DNA from: Octopus vulgaris | Taxonomy: Eukaryota | Reading direction: 5' to 3' | Length of the DNA stretch: 64,000 nt | Assembly (NCBI GenBank): GCA_951406725.2 | Contig: OX597814.1 | Span: 117,738,001-117,802,000, forward strand | Part shown: piece after piece, positions 54,890 through 64,000 of the stretch | Layout: each line of letters begins with the position of its first letter | Position numbering within the stretch: the first letter of the stretch is position 1 | The notes under the pieces: model-generated | The model's database searches: none | What the model was told of the DNA's origin: nothing | The model's input: the letters and a program-made list of their open reading frames with translations, nothing else | Translations under genes and position numbers: made by a program

Positions 54890-55100
54890 TCATGGTCAAG
54901 GTCCTCTTGTCAGACATAGAGTCTTCCAGTACCAAACCTCTTAACCCATGGCAGCATTACCTTTTCAAGGTATTTGATGAATGCCTCTGTTTTGAGTCTG
55001 AGTACGCGTGGGAAGGTGAATGGAGGCATAACGTCTACGTAACTACTGACCACTCCAAAAACCATGATATTGATTGGATGTTTGATGTTTATCCCTTACC
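54890..55100 (-). mobile_element. Tc1/mariner-superfamily transposase fragment
   Basis: Minus strand KHPINIMVFGVVSS..DVMPPFTFP..LRLKTEAFIKYLEKVMLPWVKR..GRLYV*QED (catalytic-domain segment). Confidence 0.75.
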
Positions 55101-55179
55101 TCATAGATGCTGGTGGCATATATTAAAAGTACCCTTTAAGAACTGTATACTTGAAAAGTATACAACTATATCATTACAC

Positions 55180-56580
55180 TAAAATTTGAGAAACAAACAC
55201 TTTTTTCTTTTAAAACTTCTTTGTATGAGATTCATACCATGAAATTTCTGGAACTGAGCTCAAATAATTAAGCTTAATTAAAATATAGTTTCTTTTTAAA
55301 ATAAACAATGTTCATTAAGTGAATTTGTATTTAACAGCTTATTATTATGCAAAGAGATGATTTGTGAAAGGTTAAAAAATCGGGAAACTTATACAGATTT
55401 ATCAAGGCTTATTACCTAGAATTCCTTAGATAAAAAATACAAAAGCACTATAGGATTACCGGTAAAAGTGCAATCAGGAACGCCAACCCTGAGACTAATA
55501 AAATTATGGAGAAATATGTCTTACAGATGAAGATAAAATCACTTCGTCCCAAACAAGCTCCTTTCATTATAAAGGCTCACAAATCAAAATTATGAATTCA
55601 ATGTCCTTCTAGATCTGATATCAATATATTTAGCAAAAATATTCTAGATAATTATATACCTACCTTAATTAAAAAAATTAAAGCGTAATTTATAGTCTAA
55701 TTCGTTTTAAGTGGTCGGCATGTCGAATTCTATCAATAAAAAGAAGCGCACTAGCTTCATCCAGTTTGACATTTCTAGTTTCTGTTCCTCTATTAACCCA
55801 ACTGTACTGAACAAGGCACTCTGACTTTCACACAAGAAAGCAGGTCTCACCAGAGATGAATTCAATGTCATGTTAGCTGCCAGAAAATATATTCTTAAAT
55901 TTCATAACAAGCTGTGCGTCCGGAAAGATACGTCGGACTCTTTGATGTCACGATGGAAAGTTCTCATTCAGCATGAATCGCTGTAGAAAAGAATTTTCCC
56001 CAGAATTCAAGATACTATTCGATTATTCGTTCACACCGAATCGGGATAGGGCTTTCTAACGCCTACTCTTTTAATACGTGATAAACGTAGGGACATTCAT
56101 ATTTTTAATACCAATCATTCTTTAAATATTAATAGCCACATTGTTAGTGTTTCGGATGTGGATTCCAATCGCATTCGATTCCTTGTCAATAATCTTAAGA
56201 TTAGAAATTCTATTTATGAATGTAAAATTACTTCCGGTTCTGACGTCTGTTTTTATATTGGTAGTTCATCATCTCAGTTGTCCAAAATAATATTTATTCA
56301 TTACCCTACATTTATACATATCAATAATCGTGAAAATACTGGGTTGAGAGCTTAGTAAATTCGTTTAGTCTCTAAAGGATCATAGTAAAGTATATGATTT
56401 GGAATGGAATATTCTATCTAAATCATTTCCGTATGATAAAAGTAAATATATTTGTTCTCCTAGTAATGATGAAATGTCTTTCCTCCTGTTCTTAGAGAAT
56501 CATCTTGTAAACAAGTTAAAAGAACGCGCTTTTCGTTGCAATCATTGGTAAAGACATACCTTTAGTTCATATAAGTGATT
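55180..56580 (+). mobile_element. degenerate Penelope-like element (Naiad-like)
   Basis: FIQFDISSFCSSI, FDVTM(G)S, SIYECKI..FYIGS (GIY-YIG), LEWNIL, LVNK..E..RCNH; many stops and deletions. Confidence 0.7.
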
Positions 56581-57183
56581 TCTACAATTCTATAAAAGTC
56601 GACATTTAACTGTCTTTTTACATTTCAATGCCACTAATTATATTTGTTTTCATGCATGTAAAATTTATTCCTATTTACCTCTCGCACTATATTTCAACAC
56701 TTTTAATCTTCTGTTAATTTCTTTCTTCCTCCTACACTTTCTGTAAATTTCCTTTGGCGTTATATATATTAACGGTTATTTTTTTAAAAATAACTTTCCA
56801 GCGTCCCCTTCATTTTATATGCTGTAATCACATTCGGTTAAAATGTCTTATTAATGAGTTTTGTTTCTTTTGTTTCCTGATGAGGAGACTGATTTGTTTT
56901 ACATCATTTTATTCCTTCTGGAATAATACCATAAAACATATGTCGGAAGTATAAAGATTTGAATAACACATACATTTAACACAATTTATTTTAAAACTAT
57001 TTTAATTAAAAACATTTCACCAAAACCTGGATTTTTTATCTTTATTAGTGGGCGGTTACAGCCTTGGTACTTGTGTGAATTTTTGCTACCTTGGCAGCTA
57101 TTTATTTATCTTTTTCTCTGTTATTTGCAAACTTTGAAACATACACATAAATTCATATGCATACATATCTATCTATCTATCTA

Positions 57184-57296
<113 letters not shown>

Positions 57297-57304
57297 TTAT
57301 ATAT

Positions 57305-57536
57305 ATCGCCATGTTGATTCGCTAGCCTCTGCACGCATCTTTTCTCTCCTTTTTTCTCTCCTTTTTTCTCTCCTTGTTTCTTTCTGTGTTTCTTTTCTGT
57401 GTATCTTTCTGTTGAAGAGCGTTGGCTCGAAACGTAAAAGACTTGTTTTATTTATATTCCTGAGCGCCATACTAATACAATTATTTGTTTGTATTCCACC
57501 TGCCTACGTGTTTTGATTATTTTCATAAAGCTTCCC

Positions 57537-57537
<1 letters not shown>
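57305..57537 (+). mobile_element. (TA)n-flanked cassette with minimal hammerhead motif
   Basis: tcttt-CTGTTGA-a-gagc-gttg-gctc-GAAAC-GTA-aaaga at ~57403-57440; absent at the paralogous position in unit 1. Confidence 0.6.
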
Positions 57538-57600
<63 letters not shown>

Positions 57601-58141
57601 GTATGTATATATGCATGAATGTATGTATGTATGTGTGTATGAATGTATTTGCATCCATCTAATGACAAGCATAATTAATAATACTATAACGTATAAAATC
57701 TTATTTAGGAAAAACCATGTAGAATTTCATCAACCAAAACAATGTAAATTCGTAAATTATGCTTATCAATTATCTTACTTCTTTTCACACTGCTTTAACA
57801 CCCTCTTTCCTCATTATTATATTCAAGCTTTTATTAATAATCTTTACGTATCCTCGGTGAGCATGCAAAATCATTTGCTCGTGATGCAAATACGCTATGC
57901 AGTATTTCTACTGACATTACGCTCTGTGTTCAAATTCTCCCATGATCTGATTTGCTTTCACATCTCTTGAGGATCTATTCAAATAATTAAACATGAAGAC
58001 TTGGGATCGATATTATCAACTAACAGCCTGCCACTAAATTTCATGTATTGTTCCTGAAATTGGTACTAATCTTGTGTATTAATAATTGTGTCTCACTTGG
58101 TCTATAAAAAATAAAGTTTTCAACGGAATGCAGAAGTTTCG

Positions 58142-59320
58142 TTACTTCAAAACTTTTCTCGTTGCAATGGGGTGATTCATGCGTTCATTTAAATCGTTCC
58201 ACAGTTTGTACATAACTTCGGTTTGAGGTACATGGTAAATAGCAATCTTTCTTTTGATGTCCTTCGAAATCTCATGCAAGGAATTACTAACACCAAATAT
58301 ATAGGCCGAATCATAGTTGGTATGTTTTATACCTAATGCATTGACTAGCATACCAGTTACATAAACATCATCGACCCAAAATCGCGGAACTTTTAACGAA
58401 ATTTTGAGTAAACGGACAGGCATGTCAGGGCTCAAGATATAAGCAGATCCCGAGCAATAAACTTCAAAAGTTTTATTCGGATATTCTTCAGGTGAAACAT
58501 ACCACTTACTCTCTTTGTTTCTGAGGACTGGCATTCCTTCCCATACATTACACAATATAAATTTTTTCCGAGCGTATTCGTACTGTTGTAGATATCTCAA
58601 ATGTTTTACCACTTGAAAAATGTCGATTAATATATCATCATCTGTTTTCATTATATATGAGATATTGTGGCAGTTTGTTGCAATCCAGCGCAACGCTGTC
58701 ATTGATTTGGAATTTAAGTTCCGATACGTGTCGTTGAATTCAGTCTGTAATATGTCATTGTAACGGGTAGATTTTACTTTGACCATATCCATAACATGAC
58801 GGTTGTTGACGACACCCATCACAAATAGTAACTTGGTTTTAAATTTACCCAACACTTTCTTGTCGCCCCATGTTTGCCGTATTGCCATTCGTCGCTTAGA
58901 GTTCTCTGGTGCTGCGTGAATATAAACAATCATAAAATCATCAGGTACACATAATAAAGAAGACTTAATTATGTGATGTGTGTAATAAGGCAGCTCTTTT
59001 TCTGGCAACAACGACCATGAGGAGCTGTTCCTAAGTGAATTTTGAACTTTCAGAACCTCATTTCCTTTTGACTGTAAACCACCATAGACTGTTAATGATA
59101 AAACACGTACTAATGAACAATCAGTTTTCTTCTTATGTATATTTTCATCAATCGTGATATTGTTATCTCTGGCATTATCCCTCATTTTACGCATTTCAAT
59201 CTCTTGCCGTGAAATCTTAAGTCGTTCCTTTGTAGAATTTACGTGAAGAAGAAGGTAAATTGAAGAGATGATTAGCAAGAGGAGAAGCATGCGGAATCTT
59301 CTGGATCGGCGCAGCAACAT
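58142..59320 (-). CDS. beta-1,3-galactosyltransferase-like (GT31/Galactosyl_T), copy 2
   Basis: 392 aa with the same motifs as copy 1; about 25 amino-acid substitutions plus one indel by eye. Splice acceptor at ~59388. Confidence 0.95.
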   Translation of the reverse strand: MLLRRSRRFRMLLLLLIISSIYLLLHVNSTKERLKISRQEIEMRKMRDNARDNNITIDENIHKKKTDCSLVRVLSLTVYGGLQSKGNEVLKVQNSLRNSSSWSLLPEKELPYYTHHIIKSSLLCVPDDFMIVYIHAAPENSKRRMAIRQTWGDKKVLGKFKTKLLFVMGVVNNRHVMDMVKVKSTRYNDILQTEFNDTYRNLNSKSMTALRWIATNCHNISYIMKTDDDILIDIFQVVKHLRYLQQYEYARKKFILCNVWEGMPVLRNKESKWYVSPEEYPNKTFEVYCSGSAYILSPDMPVRLLKISLKVPRFWVDDVYVTGMLVNALGIKHTNYDSAYIFGVSNSLHEISKDIKRKIAIYHVPQTEVMYKLWNDLNERMNHPIATRKVLK

Positions 59321-61652
59321 TACTGCCGTATTTCATTATATGTAGAGCCTTTTGTTTTAGAAAATTCACTTCAAATACCAATTTGAACTGTAATAAGAAA
59401 ATGAAAAGAATTTTTAGCGAAACAAATCAAATTAATATTCGTGATTATAGGTATAAATACATATATGCTTATATATTCACATATATATGCATACACACAT
59501 ACATGCATACACACATACAGGTATATATATATATTTTTATAACTTGGTGCATGCTCGATGTCGCTCTCAACCACATTTTTACTTTCAAACAATATATATA
59601 TGTGTATATATGTGTATATATGTATGTGTGTGTATATGTGTGCATGAAGATATGTATGCATACGTATGGTACCAATGATAGAAAATGTATTCCATTCAAA
59701 GAGAGATACATACTACACTGCGGAAGAATTTCCATTTTTGTCTATTGATTTAAATTTAACAGCTAATTCGAGGTAATTCGTATGCGCATGCTCTCTCAGT
59801 TCCTGATTCTGTTTAAATACACATTGTATCGAGATCCCAGATTTCGACACTGCGACGACATCTGCGGCATTCATGTGAAATCCCTATTCCGCATGCCACT
59901 TGTAGAGGTAGATCAAGATATTTCAGAGAATGTTGTTATGATCTCTGAGCCGTGTGACACTGATTTTGATCTGAGCGGGTTTGAAAATCAAAATGATCCG
60001 CAAAAGCTTAACTACGCAGTGTTGAATGATCTTCTAAAGGATCTAGATTTTCTAAAAAAGCTGCGGTAATTTTAGCTTCAAAATTTAGAGAGAAAAATGT
60101 GCTTAATTCAAACATATACATTACGTTTTATTGAAAAATTATCAAGAGTTAAATAAAAATCATCTTTGTTTGGTAGTATATATATACACAGTAGGATATA
60201 TATTGAATAGTTTACAAATAATAGTTTCGTACAGAGGAGAGTTTCGTATATTGCGGCAAAGTACCTGGTTTGTTACTGGAGATGGGGGTTGAGTCTTACG
60301 ATACAAATGAGGGCATCTGTTTGTAAAGGAAAACAATTCTGAAGTGTGCATTACTGCATAATGGCAATCTATATGGCTCGTTACCGATTGGGTACTCAAA
60401 AAATATTAGAGAAAATTATTCACATACAGAGAAGTTTTTAAATCTTATTAAATATATGACCGGATCGCATGTGTTCAATTAAAAATTGTTAGTTTTCTGC
60501 TCGGACAAAAAGCAGTGTACATTAAATATCCCTGTTTCCTTTGCTTATGGGTCAGCGGAGCCAAGGAAGACTATTATTTCTAACAAATCTGACCAGCAGA
60601 AACATCGCTTACTCTCGTAGAAAGAAAAAAAGAGTACAATATGTAAAAGCTTTTGATACGATCGGCTTGTGTTTCAAATTCTTATAGTATCAAAGAAAGG
60701 TTGCGATTTTCCTAATGTCATGAATGAATGCGAACAAAATGCCTGGTTCTTATTCATGGAATTGATAGAAAACTTTAGAGGGAAATCAAAGGGCAGATAA
60801 CTACGAAGTAATCCTGAAAATAAACGAAATCACTTTTTAAATTACTACAGAGAGTTAGGGTGCAATATATTTTAGATAGTCTTCTTGACGAATTCCCGAG
60901 TAATATAAGCTCTGTAAATGACGGACAACTGGAAAGATTCCACCAAGATATGAGAATTGTGGAGTAACAGTATAAAGGATACTGGGATTCCAGCATGATG
61001 GCTGATTACTGTTTCATTAGTATGTTTGGTTAGATTGCTTGATAAGTGAGCTGCCATCAACAATCACATGCGCTAGAAAGTTTTACGAAAGAAAAGTTTC
61101 AGCAGAGTGAAAGCTGGATGCTGACATATTTTTCCACTTTGTATGAATATTTTATCCCGTTTCTGCTGTTCTATCCGCATTTGTGCACTTGAAATATATT
61201 ATTATCTTATTTGTAACTCACAATAAATACTTCAGCGCTTCAAAGGCGAACATGCTTTCTATGTTATGTCCCAAGAATGTTTTTTACCTCATCATACCTT
61301 CTATCATATAATTTTTATATATATTTTATGTATATTTTTTATATATTTTTTATATATTTTTTATGTATTTTTATATTACTTTTTATGGCGAAAAATGCGA
61401 GTGAAGATGTGTACGTTTACATAGCGATGTAGTTACAACACAGTAATCTCCCTTTGTAAAACGGTTTTTTTCATAGCGTTTTCAAATAGCCAGATAACCG
61501 AAGAGATGGCGTTGTGGATTCCCACTTCGGCATCTGAAACTCAGAGTTTTATCTTGACTATCGAGTAATGTAACATATTATTTTATAGATAAATTTCCTC
61601 TATTTACATAATATTGAGGTCTCTTTCTTTCTTTTGTTATCTTACCGTTTTA

Positions 61653-61706
<54 letters not shown>

Positions 61707-61919
61707 CATTATTTACATAATTTACATTTGACGGATGTTTGTACTTATCTTGTCTCATGTTAACACAAATTTGCGGCTGATACGGCTGATATATCCTCGA
61801 GGCTTCGTCAGGTGTCTTGCGGAAATTTTGAACACTGGTTCTCATACATAATGTATTTTTCGATGTTATAACATAATAATAATAATAATGATAATAATAA
61901 TAATAATAATAATAATAAT

Positions 61920-61979
<60 letters not shown>

Positions 61980-61980
<1 letters not shown>

Positions 61981-62470
61981 GAAAAGGTCACAGAAAACGA
62001 GAAAGCAACCATACTCTGGGATATGCCGATACACACAGATAGAGAAATTAAGGCCAACAGACCAGATATAGTTGTCAGAGATCATGAAGAAAAAAAATGC
62101 TTTCTAATTGATGTATCAATACCGGCAGATGACAACGTGCCTCTAAAAGAAATGGAGAAACTCTCAAAATACAAAGACCTGGAAATAGAGGTAACTAGAA
62201 TGTGGAACCTTAAAACAGAAACAATTCCTATCATTGTAGGTGCATTAGGCATGATAAAAAAATATTCAGACAAATACGTAACAAAAACACCAGGACTTAC
62301 AAACACATATAACATACAGAAAATTGCACTACTAAGCACTGCACACATCCTACGCAGAACACCTTCCATACAATAACCATCAGAGCATCACCACAAATCA
62401 CAGCACATACCCAAGGCACACAAAGCTGCGCTCGGTAGTGAAGTGAAAGCACGCTATAAAAATAAAACTA

Positions 62471-62476
<6 letters not shown>
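61980..62476 (+). mobile_element. Dong/R4 family B 3' fragment (duplicate of 46200-46690)
   Basis: ILWDMPIHTDREIKANRPD...KYKDLEIEV...ILRR is open in one frame here; TAA arrays on both sides. Confidence 0.92.
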
Positions 62477-62528
<52 letters not shown>

Positions 62529-62663
62529 TTAATAGAACTAGTAATTCGAAATTTTCCCAAGACCCCTGAATGCTGGAGGGTATTTCAGGATAGGGATAAA
62601 TATACTTTAAATGTAAAGAATGTAAACAATGTACCTAATTCCTCATCTCTTAAATATAGATCT

Positions 62664-62717
<54 letters not shown>

Positions 62718-63593
62718 ACCTTTAATATCCAAGACCGGAACATGCTGTTAAATTATGATAGAAACACTCAAATGCCAGCACATTCGAAATCAGGAAAAAT
62801 ATATATATATAAACTCCAGCGTAGTTTAAAATAACAGTTCACAATATATAAATATCTGATAACGGCAATTGACTTTACCCTCTAAACTACACATAAACTT
62901 AAGAACACAAAAATCTACTAACTTCTAAGGACAACAGTGTTAGCTAATTAAAATATAAAAGAATTAAAAACCAATATACAATCCCCTAAAACTAATATGT
63001 CTCACAATATCAGATAAATTTCAATGAAGCCTCTAAAGATATGTAAAAATTAAAATTTAAATTACCCTAACACTAACCCTAACCCTAACCCTTCTTCAAT
63101 TGTCCCTGTTTCATCTATTCCACGTTCGAAGGTAAGGACAAGAAGCGACTTCTTTGAAACAGTCCTTCCCGCAAAGCAAATTGAATAATATTTGGGACTT
63201 TTTGCGAAGGGGTAAAAGTGGTAACAAGAACAGGAGAGTAAGAAAAAAAACAAGACGGTAAAAACAATAAAAGTAAAAACAGTAAAAGTCAGAACAAAGA
63301 GAATAACACCGTGTCAACTCCAGCATCGGGACCAACTTCAAGCGACTATTAAGGCACGCTAGAATACACTGCTCCTCTAAAGGGAAATCTTACCTGTCAT
63401 TGAGGTTTGTCAGACAAAGACAAGCAGTTGGCCACTCTATAAAGCACACAGTAAATGCTCCACAAGCATCCAAACAGAATCAGTCCTCAATTCCTTTCAT
63501 ATGGTAAAACGTTTTCAAGGCACCAGCACGCCAGAAGAAACACATTCGTGTCCATGGACATTTGTCTTTCACGAGATGAGAATCCATCATATA

Positions 63594-63664
<71 letters not shown>

Positions 63665-63677
63665 CTTTTCAGCAAGA

Positions 63678-64000
63678 ATGGAAAAAATAAACTTCGAGTT
63701 TTCCCCTAAAGACATCCCCCTCCATAGTAAAGATGACTATTATTGGCTACTCATTCACAGGATAAACGATTTCATTAGATGGATTAGATGGAGAACATAC
63801 CACTTCGATATCAAACATAGAAAGAATACGAAACGAAGGATTACTAATAAGAAGTTCGACGGAATATTTAGAAGCAGGAAGAGCCCACCTCCAAATCCAC
63901 TCCTTGATAATTTTGAAAAAGACCTACTCAACCTCATAGAAAGAATTAAATTCAAGGATCACCCGTTAAGATATAATCACCACCTCAAGCATCTCAGTAA
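63678..64000 (+). mobile_element. 5' end of a Penelope-like (Naiad-like) ORF, open to the window edge
   Basis: MEKINFEFSPKDIPLHSKDDYYWLLIHRINDFIRWIRWRTYHF...FRSRKSPPPNPLLDNFEKDLLNLIERIKF resembles the PLE N-terminal pattern (K.IP...F..R.RW...PP....FE.DL); starts right after (TA)n. Confidence 0.7.

Overview
AT-rich, repeat-dense eukaryotic DNA. The SINE families, (TAA)n-targeting Dong/R4 LINEs, Penelope-like elements and abundant (TA)n/(TAA)n microsatellites point to a cephalopod, most likely Octopus (inference from repeat content, not verified). The only intact host genes are two minus-strand beta-1,3-galactosyltransferase (GT31) paralogs with single-exon CDS (42303-43484 and 58142-59320) in a ~15.8 kb-period tandem duplication. 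A probable third, heavily decayed paralog lies near 4.0-4.7 kb, and a homologous putative non-coding 5' exon occurs at ~13 kb and ~49.6 kb. About 17-39 kb is a pile-up of Dong/R4 retrotransposons from several families, mostly inserted head-to-tail in (TAA)n. Most notable non-coding signals: (i) a diverse set of type I hammerhead-ribozyme motifs in short (TA)n-anchored cassettes, some with very long stem II and one with a U3-A8 core variant; (ii) a ~555 bp non-coding TAA-targeted element; (iii) a 344 bp palindrome spanning a retroelement junction; (iv) a Helitron whose empty site is visible in the paralogous block. All alignments and folds were done by eye; coordinates of degenerate elements are approximate.
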